64,000 bases of DNA, taken from contig OX597814.1 in NCBI GenBank assembly GCA_951406725.2, positions 114,018,001 to 114,082,000 of the forward strand, read 5' to 3'. Positions 12,434-24,697 of the stretch are shown here, one piece after another (the stretch's first letter is position 1; each line of letters begins with the position of its first letter). The position numbers and the translations under genes were made by a program. The DNA is from Octopus vulgaris. Its lineage: Eukaryota. The notes beneath the pieces are model-generated. The model worked only from the letters and a program-made list of their open reading frames with translations, had not been told where the DNA came from and did no database searches.

Positions 12434-12584
12434 ACATTTTTACTTCCCGAGCGTTAAACTAATATATCTGTTTATTGTCTACACCACTTGTCTTCGTCTT
12501 TTGTTTGTTTTTGTGAATTCTCCCCCTCCCCACACACTATATATATATATATATATATAACATCCTAGTCACATTTAGTGACAA

Positions 12585-13271
12585 CTAGCAGCATAGCCCG
12601 GCGTTGCCCGGGTATGTAAGAAACTTTGTCGATAAGCAATGCCCTTTACCTTTTTACCCTTTTTTGTACTCATTGAACCGTTATTTTAAAAAATATTGCA
12701 GAAAAATCGGTTTGCTATGTGTGCCACATATGATGTAATTAACCGATTTTTTCCAGTAATAACGTATCCTATTGGAATAAAAAGGGCCATATAGCTCCTT
12801 GGAGCAGACATGATGCTCGCTGTGAATTTCAAAAAAATTCTTGCCAATTTGTTAAAGATATTGTCAAAAATATGTCATCATGAATTTGAATGCGATTTCC
12901 CAAAATGGCATGATTTTATCGATTTTTTCTGTTTGTAAGGTATTGCATGGAAAACTAACGTCAGAATTAAGTTTCTTAGGGTAACATTAAGCTTCACCAT
13001 GAGTTTGGTGAAAATCGATTGCAAGTTGCGAAAACTACAACGGAAAATGTGTTGCATATGATAAGCTTAGATTCTCGACCCCATGTTGAATTTATCGATT
13101 TTTTCAGAACTGGGGGAACTTTTCAAAATTTTCGCTGCGTTAGTTTTGAATTATGACATTGGGCTATGTGTGTGTCAAGTTTCATCAGAATCGGTTGAAA
13201 GCCGTGGTCAGGGTGAGGGTACAACCTGACAGACACACAGACAAACAAACTGCCTTTTATATATATAGAGA
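12585..13271 (-). mobile_element. Complete non-autonomous Helitron
   Basis: Minus strand starts A|TC(TCTATATATA), has the subterminal hairpin CCCGGGCAACGCCGGG and ends CTAG|T. These are canonical Helitron termini at an AT target with no TSD. Confidence 0.85.
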
Positions 13272-13771
13272 TTATATTTTTCCTTTTTGGTAAAACATTG
13301 GAAACTGCTGTTTATTTTAATTATATATATATATATATATATGTATATGTATAATCGTCTAAGAATCGATAGTCAGTAAAAATATACACTCGTATATTTG
13401 CCAATAGAGTGGGCGTATTAATTAAAGTGAACATTATATTATTATATACCCATTACGGTGGACCTTACCAAGTGAGATATTTAGTCCTTGCCCACATGAA
13501 AGAAAGTATATTTTATCGTACCTATGGGTTCTATCATAACTATAACCACCAGTTCTCCACGTTCAACTCTTTCACCACGATAACCTGAAAGCCCAGCAAA
13601 GAATTTAAGGAAAACGTAGACAAACAGACACATATACACAGTTGCACAAAGAGAGTTTAAACCTTCGAACCCCCCACACCACACCACCACCACCACAACA
13701 TGTGTAATCGCTGATCCAGATATTTATTCCTTCCATTCCACCCTCTCACCATTTGTTTTCTCTCCTCATTC

Positions 13772-13807
13772 CTTTCTGTAGAAGGGCGTACGCTCGAAAC
13801 GTCTAAG
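13772..13807 (+). ncRNA. Minimal hammerhead-like motif (core CUGUAGA, GUC triplet) in a solo PLE pseudo-LTR
   Basis: CTTT-CTGTAGA-A-GGGC-gtac-GCTC-GAAA-CG-TC-TAAG. Flanks (~13740-13900) resemble the pseudo-LTR at 11350-11510. Confidence 0.6.
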
Positions 13808-14661
13808 ACATCTTCCATTTTCCCTGAACCTAACTAATACAAACTGTTTGTTGCTCCTTCACCTTCTTCTGTGTTTTGTTTTTGTTTTTGGATTTTTGCA
13901 TAATTTTAAACCATATGTTCGGGCTGTTCGGGCTTAGCCCGAATATAGATCCAGTTAAGTGAACGTGTATTTGCAAGCTGATTTGATTTCTGCTAACACT
14001 AGCATCAAGTATGTAATTGCAGCCAATAACTCTGGTTCCTTTCATTGAGCTTGGTTGCAGTTCATTTATCTTCGTTCAGTGTCTAGCGGTCGTCTTAGTG
14101 GTGCCCTGTGTCAAAAAATATCATTTGTAGAAGACGTTCTCTCGACATCGTTCACACGTCACTGTCTCGAACGTAGAAATTACAACCCGAGTTGTTATCT
14201 ATAATTGTAAAAATTAAAAGTAATTCAATGTTTTCTTGAAATAATAAACTTCTATAGAGATTAGGATTTAAATTCCAATCTATGAAAAGTTTCCTTTCTA
14301 CAATATTCTTAAAGGAACGAAAAATTATCCAGCAACTCGGGTAAATAAGAACAAGCCTGGTAGGTGCAAAGGACTAACTGGCATCTTTTGTCAAGAGTAC
14401 AAGCAACAGTCAGATCGCTGATGTTTGTTGTTCACTCCGCTGCTGTTATTTGACGCTGTTATTTTGTGCGTCTGTTTATAAAGATCAGTTGTGTTTTGTA
14501 GGGTTGCTTTATTTTTACCCTTAACTTAGAAATGGAGAAAGACATAGTGCTTGATATAAAAAAAACAATAAGCCATTTGGCGTTAGAAATAAAGTGTAAA
14601 CACGCGAAATTCTTCTAGCAGGCTTGTGTCTTATGCGAAATCTGTTTCTTGAAGTCGCCTA

Positions 14662-14718
<57 letters not shown>

Positions 14719-14812
14719 ATGCAAACAAACAAGAAAAACAATAAACAAAAAAAGGAGAGGATTTGGTACAAGTACTGTATTATCAGACACCCAGGAAAGG
14801 AAGGAAAGAGGA

Positions 14813-14845
14813 TTTAACGTTTTGAGCAAACCACTTCTTCAGAAA
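14813..14845 (-). ncRNA. Degenerate minimal hammerhead motif (CUGAAGA core)
   Basis: Minus strand TTT-CTGAAGA-A-GTGGTTTGCTC-aAAA-CGTT-AAA. G12 is mutated. Confidence 0.35.
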
Positions 14846-15544
14846 CAGACGAAAGTCCTAAGGAAGGGAAAATGGAAGAAGAAAATAAATCACCGACGAT
14901 ACACACGGGGTTACATTTTGAGGCCGTAGTCTCCATAATTCCTGATGGAGTTACAGCGTTTCTGGTTATATAGCTACTAGATTTAATGTGCAGACAGACA
15001 GGTTGACTGCTTGTTTCTGTGAGATTGGTTAAGTGATGTGGAGACCACTGAAATGGCCTCAATGAGGATCGGGGAATCGATTATTGCAGTTTCTCTTTCT
15101 TTTTAATCTACATAGATAATACATGCTTGTATAAGTACTATGTAGATTTATACACACACACAAGCACACATGCACACACGCTCACACACACAAACACACA
15201 AATACACTAACACATACACACACACAAGCATACATACACAAGCACACACATACACACACTAGCATGCACACAAACACACACATACACTAACACATACACA
15301 CACACAAGCATACATACACATGCACACACATACACACACTAGCATGCACTCAAACACTCATACACGCACTGACACATGACATACACACACATACACACAC
15401 TAACACACATGCACACACATACATACACACACATAAACACACATATACACTCACACAAACGCACTTATACACATGCACTCAGACAAATATACACATAATT
15501 CCCTTTCACACACACAAACACACACATACACACACTCACACACT

Positions 15545-15970
15545 CTTTTCATCCTTTTCATATTCGTGTGTCTAGACTGCGGCCATATTGGGGCACCGCT
15601 TTGAAGAAATTTTAGTCTAATGAATCGACCCCAGTACTTAATTTTTGTGTAAGCCTGATACTTATTTTATCAGTTTCCTTTGTCTAACCGCTAAGTTATA
15701 GGGACGCAAACACGCCGACACCGGTTGTTAAGTGGAGGTGGCAAACAAGCATAAACACAAAGACACACCCACCCACACAAATCACACACACACACACACG
15801 CATATTCGACAGGCTTCTTTCAATTTCCCTCTATCAAACCTACAAATAAGGCTTCCGTCGACCCGAGAGTATAGTAGCAGACAATTGCCCAAGATACCAG
15901 GCAGTGGGACTGAACCCAGAACAGTGCGGTTGGGGAGCCAACTTTTTGTCATACAGCCACACCAGCGCCG
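15545..15970 (-). mobile_element. SINE family B
   Basis: Diverged full-length copy with an internal (CA)n. Confidence 0.75.
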
Positions 15971-16636
15971 CTTACTCCACATCTATACACCTACTGTAGT
16001 TAAACTGAATATTTATTTTGCAACTCGAGTTTAACGCTGTTACAATCTTTCGTTTTCTGCTGTACATGGAATCATGGATTCAACTTACTTAGTGAAGTAA
16101 CCAAAGAAGTTCCTAGCTCAAAATTAAATCCTTTCACTGGCATTCTCTTACCCGAAGAAGATCCGTAACACATTACAACGGTTTGTTGTTAAATGGTCGC
16201 CCATACCTAGATTTAGATAAATAAGTTGTGACAGCCGCAGAAGCCATGTGAATCCAATGTTTCATACATACACGCATAAACACATATATACATACATATA
16301 TACATACGTACGTACGTACATACATACATACATACATACATACATACATACATACATACATACATACATACATACATACATACATACATACGTACGTACG
16401 TACGTACATACACACATACATACGTACATACATACATGCATACATACATAAATATGGGATATGTAACACACTGTATATTCCACTGTAATTTCGGGCCGAT
16501 CAAAGCCTTGTGAGTGAAAGTGGTAGAGGAAACTAAAAGAAGTCCGTCGTAAATATGTATGAGTGTATATATATATACACATACATGCATACTTACATAT
16601 ATATATATATACACACACACATACATGCATACATAC

Positions 16637-16697
<61 letters not shown>

Positions 16698-16842
16698 TAT
16701 ATATATATATTTAACAATTAAGGATAACTTCTTAATAAGGAATCTTAACAAGAAATTATCAGGTAGTTAGCGTGAAAACCTCATAAAAGAAAAGAATTCG
16801 AAAATAATTTTTTTCTTTTGAACAAATTAATTATATCTATAT

Positions 16843-17222
16843 TGTATAGAGGGCATTATTACACATAAATGCCTCATACTAAGAGGGACAAAGTCATTAC
16901 TACCAAAATTACACTAATCATACCTAAATGCAGTTCCTCAAAGCAAGACATTTAAAAATGAATTTAGTTCTGTATCACCGTGATTTCACATTTAACTTAC
17001 GTCTTATGATCCTCAGCAGAACTGATTCTGAACACATCATAAATAAACCACCAACCTTACCTAGCGAAGACGAACAAACATCTATTCACTCCGGCCAAGC
17101 ACATGGAATGTTTATAAATCATATATTCGGTAAATGGCGGGCTTTTTTCAAATTAGTGTAATTTTGGTAGTAATGACTTTGTCCCTCTTAGTGTGAGGCA
17201 TTTATGTGTAATAATGCCCTCT

Positions 17223-17227
<5 letters not shown>
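16843..17227. mobile_element. MITE with ~76-bp TIRs abutting (TA)n
   Basis: 16843-16918 (TGTATAGAGGGCATTATTACACATAAATGCCTCA...ACTAAT) is an almost perfect reverse complement of 17152-17227. Confidence 0.85.
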
Positions 17228-17316
<89 letters not shown>

Positions 17317-17448
17317 GCTTGACAACCAGTGTTGGTGTGTCTACGTCTTCGTAACTTAATGGTTCGGCAAAAGTGACCGATAGCATAAGTACCAGGTTTT
17401 TTAAAAAAATAAGCATTAGGGTCGATTCGTTCAACTAAAATTCTTCGA

Positions 17449-19664
17449 GGACTCGCCAGGGTCGAGTTTGAAGATGAGGTGGAGAGGTGGATCGAGGAAG
17501 GGGTCCTTGTCCCTTGGGAGTAGGAGGTAGCGAGCGGAGTGCTACCCCTGATGGCGGTGGTGCAGCCTACGAAGGGAAAAGTCAGACCGGTGCTGGACTT
17601 CAGGGAGCTAAGCCAGCATATATCGTGTCACACGGGAGGTGAGGCGACGGACGTTTGTGGCGAGACGTGACGTGCGTGGAGACAGTCGACCAAGGCAGCG
17701 ACGATTGTGGACTTGAAATCGGCATACTTGCAGCTCGATGTGAGCGACAAACTGTGGCGATATCAGCTGTTGTGGTACAAAGGCCGGACGTACTGCTTCA
17801 CCGGGCTGGGTTTCGGACTGAATTCCGCTCCGAAGATCATGGCGGCAGTGCTTAAGTCCGTCCTAGGGAAAGACGGCAAGATTAGAAAGGCCACCAGCTC
17901 CTACATTGACGACATTTTGGTGGACGAAACTGTAGTGCCAGCCAACGAGGTAGTTAGACATCTGGAGAAGTTCGGACTGATTGCGAAGCCGCCGGAGTCG
18001 ATGGAAGGGGGAGCCGCACTGGGGCTGAAGCTGCGAAGAGATAGATCGGGTGAGTTGATGTTCCGGAGAAGGAATGAAATCTCAGAGCTGAGTTCCAGCG
18101 TCAGCAGGAGAGAGCTGTTCTCGGTGTGTGGGAAGTTGGTCGGTCACTACCCGATCGCTGAATGGTTACGCACGGCGTGCAGTTACACCAAGAGACGAGC
18201 GGAGGAGGAGAGTTGGGGCGACAAGGTGGGAGAAGGGACGGTGGCGATGATGCAGGAAATCCTAGAGAGGACGAGAGCGGAAGACCCGGTCAGGAGGAAC
18301 TGGTACGTGCCCAAGACGGAATGCGGGACCGTCTGGTGTGATGCTAGCAGTATAGCGATAGGGGTTGTGTTGGTGATCGAAGGGGCTGCGGTGGAGGACG
18401 CGGCCTGGTTTCGGAAAGCAGATGACTTCAACCACATCAATGTCGCCGAATTAGACGCGGTACTGAAAGGGGTGAACTTGGCCCTGAAATGGGGGCTGCG
18501 CACAATTGAAATCCGGACGGATTCGGCCAATGTGCTTGGCTGGGTAGGATCGGTGATCCCCGGTGAAAGGAGAGTTCGGAGGAAAGGTGCCGCGGAGATG
18601 TTGGTGAAGCGTCTTCTACGAGTTCTGGGAGAATTGATTGCCGAGTTCGGACTGAAGCCGAACGTGGTTTTCGTGCCTTCGGAGAAAAACAGGGCGGGCG
18701 CATTGACCAGGGTGAAAAGGGCGTGGCTGGAGGAACCGGATGGAGGCCCAGAAAGGGATAGCTGCAGCGTGTCGGTTGGATGACTCTAAACTGAAGAGAC
18801 TGCATGCTATGCATCACTTGGGTGTGGGCAGGACCCTGTATCTGGCGAAGAAAATTGATGCTGACGTCACTAGAAGCATCCGGAAAGTGGTCGGGAGCTG
18901 CGACAGGTGTCAGTCCATTGACCCTGCTCCGTGTGGGCATGAGCAGGGAAACCTTTCGGTGGAACACAACTGGAAAAGGCTGGCTGTGGATGTGACGCAC
19001 TACCGTCAGAGAATGTATCTCTCCATGGTCGACTGCGGGCCAGGCCGGCTGGCCATTTGGAGGGAGTTGAGAACGGGCATTGCGCAGATCTTGAACGGGA
19101 TATTTTTAGAGAGAGGTCTCGTGGAAGAACTGCTAATGGACAACGGGGCGGCGTTTCGTTCGGAAGCATTGAGGGATATGCTTGACCGGTGGAAGGTGCG
19201 TCGCTTGCTCAGAGCAGCGTATAGGCCGAGCGGTAACGGGATCGTAGAGAGGCACCATCGGACAGTCAAGGCCATAGCGGAAAGAGGGAACATTTCGCCG
19301 CTTGAAGCAGTTTTTTGGGGAAAACTTGTCTCCCCGATCCAGACAAGCTGAAGAATATGTGCCGCAGAGAGCTGTATTTAAATATGAATGGAGGCACCCG
19401 AGTAAAGCGCCGGAGGGCCACGAGGAAGAGAAAATAGGGAAGGAAGTCTGGGTTAAGCCACCGAAGGCGCGCTGTACGTCTCAATGGAGCAGAGGAACAG
19501 TGACGGCGGTCAATTCCAGAAACAACGTCTCCGTGGATGGAATGCCGCGACACGTCTTGGACCTTCGCAGGATTGTCGCTTCGACGGACGACGATTGTGG
19601 AGAGGGGGAGAACGAGGTGCCTAGCTTGAGAAGATCTCGACACGCGAGGCGCCCTCCCGGTTAG
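17449..19664 (+). pseudogene. pol: pol pseudogene: reverse transcriptase, RNase H, integrase
   Basis: RT motifs KVRPVLDFREL, DLKSAYLQ, GFGLNSAP, YIDD. RNase H motifs CDAS, ELDAV, TDS, N.A.ALTR. Integrase H..HH / CDRC zinc finger, AVDVTH, MDNG, SGNGIVERHHRT. In-frame stops at ~17521 and ~17668 and frameshifts at ~18740 and ~19320. Confidence 0.92.
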
Positions 19665-19719
19665 ATGGTGGACTACGACATGGAGTAGAGAAATTGTGAT
19701 CTTTAAGATCAGGGTGGCG

Positions 19720-19979
19720 TGTGGGATGACGTCAGCAGCTGGGGAGCTGACCGGAAGGGGCAGCAGTGACGCGCGCGCAGGTAGGGCAGCATTCGGTCTT
19801 TTCGATCGTGGTCGCCGAGCGAGTAAGATGGGTCAGCGCGCTGTTAAGGTTGGGAGAAGCATCTGCTATTTCTAGCGTTCGGGTCGGGCTGTGTTGAGGG
19901 ATCCATTACCGCTGAAGGGTCTCCATCTGAGCGAAGAGAAGGTAGGTACCTTTATTTCGAATCTCTCGCATACACCACA
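19720..19979 (+). repeat. 3' LTR (~260 bp)
   Basis: Begins TGTGG right after the AAGATCAGGGTGGCG PPT-like tract and ends CCACA (5-bp inverted termini). Confidence 0.8.
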
Positions 19980-19984
19980 TATAT

Positions 19985-20185
19985 GTATTCTTTTATTTGT
20001 TTCAGTCATTTGACTGCGGCCATGCTGAAGCACCGCCTTTAGTCGAGCAAATCGACACCAGGACTTATTCTTTATAACCCTAATACGTAGTCTATCGGTG
20101 TCATTTGCCGAACCGCTAAGTTACGGGAACGTAAACACACCAGCTTCGGTGATGTTGCGGGGACAAATACAGACACACAAAAATA

Positions 20186-20225
<40 letters not shown>

Positions 20226-20383
20226 ACGGGCTTCTTTCAGTTTCCATCAACTAAATCCACTCAAAAGGTTTTGGTCGGCCCGAGGCTATAGTAGAAGACA
20301 CTTTTGCCCAAGGTGCCACGCAATGGGACTGAACCCGGAACCATGTGGTTGATAAGCAAGCTACTTACCATACAGCCATTCCT
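19985..20383 (-). mobile_element. SINE family B
   Basis: Full copy with internal (TA)n. The CORE-like GGCACCTTGGGCAA motif is on the minus strand. Confidence 0.85.
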
Positions 20384-20749
20384 GATATATATATATATAT
20401 ACACACACGTAAACACATACACTTATTTCAATACGGAGCAAATAATTCAGGAGAAAAAATGTTTTCGAAGATATTGACTCTAGGCGATTGCAGCCACCCC
20501 CTCCCCCACCCCCACAAAACAAAAAAAGCATTAGATAGCTGAAGGATTAAAATTAATCAAAGGACATACTAGGTATGTCTACTTGCTGGAAATAACGGTC
20601 AAGACTCTTATTTAAATTGCCAAAATACACTAATAACTACAGAAATTCTTCAGCTAAACACAAATATGTATACACACATGCACACACACACACATATATA
20701 TATGTATACACACACACGCGCACTCATACACACACATATATACAAGCTC

Positions 20750-20780
<31 letters not shown>

Positions 20781-21653
20781 CACACATACAAACATACATA
20801 CATACATACATACATACATACATACATACATACATACATACATGCATACATATATATGCATACATACATACATACATACATACATACATACATACATACA
20901 TACATAGACGCGCACAGAAATATATATACACACCCACACCTGTGTGTATTTTGTACGTGTCTAGAGTAACAAGTCTTTTTGATTTCAAAAGTAGTGACAT
21001 ATTTTTTTTCATAGTAACAAGCTAAAAATATATTCTTTCTGTTGTCATGACAACTATGCTTACGTCAATTGAAATTCTAGTGTCTCTTTTAGCGATCTAA
21101 GTCTCCAGGAACAATTTAAAAGAATCATGACGTCAGTTCCAGAGGATTTTACCAAGGTTGCACGGAATCTCTTGTTAGATATAATAAAAGCAGTTATTCG
21201 TAGCATTAAGTTTTTCGTCTCGTCATTTGACGTTCTTCGATACACGTTGGTCACGCAAACATCCGAAATCTTCAATTATAAAGCCATTACAGTTTTAGGA
21301 ATCTTTATAGGAACATAGAATCGGTCCTAGTACTTAGCAGTTGATTTAAGTCTGATTTGACCTTTGACCACTAAATATTTTGAGACAACATGAGCGTCTC
21401 AATACGTATTCAGTCGTTTAGCTAAATATAGCCGCTACATTTCCCTTTTGCTTAATTCAGTGATTCAATTCCTGCCATACTGTAGCACTGCCTTCACGCA
21501 TTTTTGTCGAACAAATCGAACCCAGTATCTATTTGTAATTCTGGTACTTATTCTATCAGTCACTTTTATCGAACCGCTATAAGTATTCGATGGACTTCCT
21601 CACAGTTTCCGTCTATTAAATTCACTCATAAGTCATTGGTCGACCCGGGATTA

Positions 21654-21977
21654 TACAGGTACCGAAGCTCTTATCTGGAATCCAGAAATTCGACTATTTT
21701 TGAAGGTGGCAAGCTTTGAATTTCGCGGGCTGTAGTAGTTCGCTGGGCGGTCGTTTTGTTTTGGTTTCCGTCGCGCATGCACCACCCAACGCCAGATCAA
21801 ACCGACCCTGCTTTAGAAATGTATTAATTTGTATATTTTATACAATTTTGTTCTGTACTTTTCGTTGTTTATTTTATATTTTCGGTATATATTTAGCCGG
21901 TGTCCAGAAACCCTGAAAATCGAGATATCCAGATCGCCTCCGGATAAAAAGTTGCCGGATAAAAATTTCGGTACTTA
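21654..21977. mobile_element. pogo/Tigger-like MITE inserted in a SINE B copy
   Basis: TA-CAGGTACCGAAGCTCTTATCTGG ... CCGGATAAAAATTTCGGTACT-TA. SINE B sequence resumes on both sides (21500-21655 and 21976-22065). Confidence 0.7.
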
Positions 21978-22508
21978 GAATACTTTGCCCAATTTCCCAC
22001 GCAGTGAATCTGAACATACAACCACGTGGTCGTAAAGCGAGCTTCCTAACCACACAGCCACGCCTGGTTATGCACGAAAGAGCTGAAAGGTCACTGCTGG
22101 AATTGTGTGATCAGAGATCTGTTGTTGACCATAGTCAGGGCTCACTCGAGGTTAAACAACACAAACGACAAGTTGAGCGTTTTACCCGTTGCTCTTACAA
22201 TTCTGATAATCTATCGCTTATACCCAAAAATGATTTGGTCTATTTTCACGAAGAATTGGCTGCTATTTCTAGCAGGCCAAGTCAATAGGTATGGGACTTC
22301 CTAGTCGTATGAAAAAGTCTGTTTAGTTATTATGTCTTATGTTCTGAGTTCAAATCCCTCCGAATTCAAATTTGGAGCGTATTGGTCAATAAGAGTTCAA
22401 TGTAGAGGTATCAGATAATACAGTTCTATATTTGAGAGATGAGCAATTATGTACATTATTTACATTATTTACATTTGATGAATATTTGTCCTCATCTTGT
22501 TTGTTGTT

Positions 22509-22554
22509 AACACAACTTTTCGGCTGATATACCCTCCAGCCTTCATCAGGTGTC
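22509..22554 (-). ncRNA. Minimal type I hammerhead ribozyme motif (canonical CUGAUGA core)
   Basis: Minus strand GACAC-CTGATGA-A-GGCTG-gagggtatat-CAGCC-GAAA-aG-TT-GTGTT: 5-bp stem I, 5-bp stem II, one stem III mismatch. Confidence 0.75.
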
Positions 22555-22607
22555 TTGGGGGGAAATTTCGAACCTGGATTCTCATTCGATGTTGTTGTTA
22601 TCATCAT

Positions 22608-22698
22608 CATTCAGTAGTTTTATTTTTATAACGTGCTTTCACTTCACTACCGAGCGCAGCTCTGTGTGCCTTGGGTATGTGCTGTGATTTGTTGTGAT
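22608..22698 (-). mobile_element. R4/Dong LINE 3' UTR fragment
   Basis: Nearly identical to the 3' UTR at 39013-39105 and flanked by ATT/ATC repeats. Confidence 0.85.
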
Positions 22699-22726
22699 TA
22701 TTATCATTATTATTATTATTATTATT

Positions 22727-23280
22727 GAGTGAGAGAGCAGTGCATGCCATCAAAGTGACACTGGGGTAAAATATACGAAGCCCAATATACCCATCATGAC
22801 TACCCGTCTGATAAGGGTACACCAGGCACATGCATCACAACCATATGTGCGCGACATGGTGATCTCATATCAAGATAAACAGCACATGACCTTGCAGGTG
22901 GGGCCCAGTTAGAATTTTCTTCAGGTTGAGTAGCCCATCCCGCTCAAACGGTCCCTGAATAAGGGTTGTTTAAGGATGTTGAAAGAACCACCCATGTTTC
23001 CAGAGGTGAATTATTCAAAACCCAAAGAATTCCTCTCAACACATGGCTATGATGCTCCCCCACTACTTCTGCTCGTGATCAGAGATGCACATATTGTCAG
23101 CCACTAAGGGACATGCTCAACTGGTTAAGGTCAAACAACTGACAAGCAAATCTGTGGTATTGAGCAGAATATTTGCTGTTGCCCGTCTTTTATACCAAGA
23201 CAAAACAATGTACATAATAACACTTCCAATCAGTTAAGATCAGAAGCCATGAGAGCCACTGCCTGGTACTGCATCAGGGC
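22727..23280 (-). mobile_element. Non-coding ~550-bp element family E in (TAA)n
   Basis: Near-identical to 42687-43180 with the same junction to (ATT)n. The opposite end is shared with 38644-38770. Strand inferred from the (AAT)n tail. Confidence 0.75.
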
Positions 23281-23290
23281 AATTAAAAAA

Positions 23291-23630
23291 GGGTAAAGAC
23301 CCCCTTCGGTCATGAATGACCATGGGATTGCACCTAGAAAGTTACCCTCATAGACACAAGTCCGGGCAAGGTTGTTTATGGAAGACCAGCAGTCGCCCAT
23401 GCATACCAACCTCCCCTCTCCACGCCACCAGTGTTATCCAAGGGAAAGACAAAGGTCGATACAGCTTGGCACCAGTGACGTCGCAACTCATTTCTACAGC
23501 TGAGTGAACTGGAGCAACGTGAAATAAAGTGCCTTGCTCAAGAACACAACACGCAACCCGGTCCGGGATTCGAGCTCACAACCTCACGATCGTAAGCTCG
23601 ACGCTCTAACCACTGAGCCATGCGCTTTCA
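23291..23630 (-). mobile_element. tRNA-derived SINE family D
   Basis: Minus strand GCGCATGGCTCAGTGGTTAGAGCG..GAGCTCGAATCCC (A and B boxes) and CORE-like TGTGTTCTTGAGCAAGGCACTTTA. Second copy at 51740-52061. Confidence 0.85.
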
Positions 23631-23635
23631 GGGCA

Positions 23636-23715
<80 letters not shown>

Positions 23716-23802
23716 AGTCACTGCCTGGAATCGAACTCAGAATTTTGCAATAAAACTGAACAATGACATACATACACACATACATACGTTCACACATACA
23801 TA

Positions 23803-23835
<33 letters not shown>

Positions 23836-24291
23836 CATACATACATACATACATACATGCATACGTACGTACGTACGTACGTACACTACGATGACAAAAG
23901 GGGAACTCCGGTGTAGTTTTTATATTTCCCTGTATAGAGGTCTCATGTTCGAAGAAAAGACTACATCATTCCGACCTCGCAGTATTATGTTAAAAGCTGG
24001 CTGTAGAACTATAGGCAATCTGCGGATGACATCCTTTTAGTAACAATGTCATTTGAAACACGAATCAAGACAATATTTCATCTAAAAGCTTTTATATTAT
24101 TAACGTGTAAAATTAATTCCATTACCGTTTCACCTGAAACACTTTATCTACAGCCACCGAATATTCACTCCGCAGGAACACACGATATAACGGTGACCTA
24201 AGACATAGACTGTCGTTTTCAACCATCGCGTCTTGTGGCAACGTTATAAAAACACGTGCGCAAACACATCCGTATATACGTCTCTGCTTGT

Positions 24292-24336
<45 letters not shown>

Positions 24337-24337
24337 T

Positions 24338-24384
<47 letters not shown>

Positions 24385-24646
24385 TGTGTGTGTATATATA
24401 TATATATGTGTGTTTGTTGTGTGTGTGTATATATATGTGTGTTTTTTTTGTGTGTGTATGTATATATATATGTGTGTGTGTGTGTTTGTTGTGCGTGTGT
24501 TTGTGTGTATGTGTATATATGTGTGTTTGTTGTGTGTGTGTGTGTGTGTGTTTGTGTGTGTATATATGTGTGTGTTTGTTGTGTGTGTGTTTATGGGTGT
24601 GTGTATATATATGTGTTTGTTGTGTGTGTGTTTGTGTATGTGTGTT

Positions 24647-24697
<51 letters not shown>

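Larger units (their letters stand above)
11170..12520 (+). mobile_element. Penelope-like element (PLE) remnant: pseudo-LTR, GIY-YIG fragment, pseudo-LTR
   Basis: Direct repeats ~11170-11510 and ~12165-12510, each with a hammerhead motif, flank a GIY-YIG endonuclease fragment. Confidence 0.85.
17447..19979 (+). mobile_element. 5'-deleted LTR retrotransposon (RT-RNase H-integrase order, Ty3/Gypsy-like architecture)
   Basis: GC-rich block containing pol domains, a purine-rich tract before 19720 and a 3' LTR TGTGG...CCACA. The 5' end is fused to a truncated SINE B. Confidence 0.9.

Noticed and set aside
18740-18783. Programmed frameshift between the RNase H and integrase ORFs
   Set aside because: There is no slippery heptamer, and the copy has other stops and frameshifts, so decay is the simpler explanation.
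18183-19643. Antisense ORFs over pol (e.g. 18437-19000 -) and over Dong (39121-39408 +)
   Set aside because: They are shadow frames of the retroelement coding sequence with no independent motifs.
19945-19960. Antisense AATAAA in the LTR suggesting an inverted LTR
   Set aside because: TTTATT in U5 is common in LTRs, and the PPT-like tract position supports normal orientation.
23560-23630. tRNA genes at the tRNA-like heads (also 10050-10123 and 45253-45310)
   Set aside because: They run into SINE bodies, lack a clean cloverleaf and terminator, and are multi-copy SINE heads.
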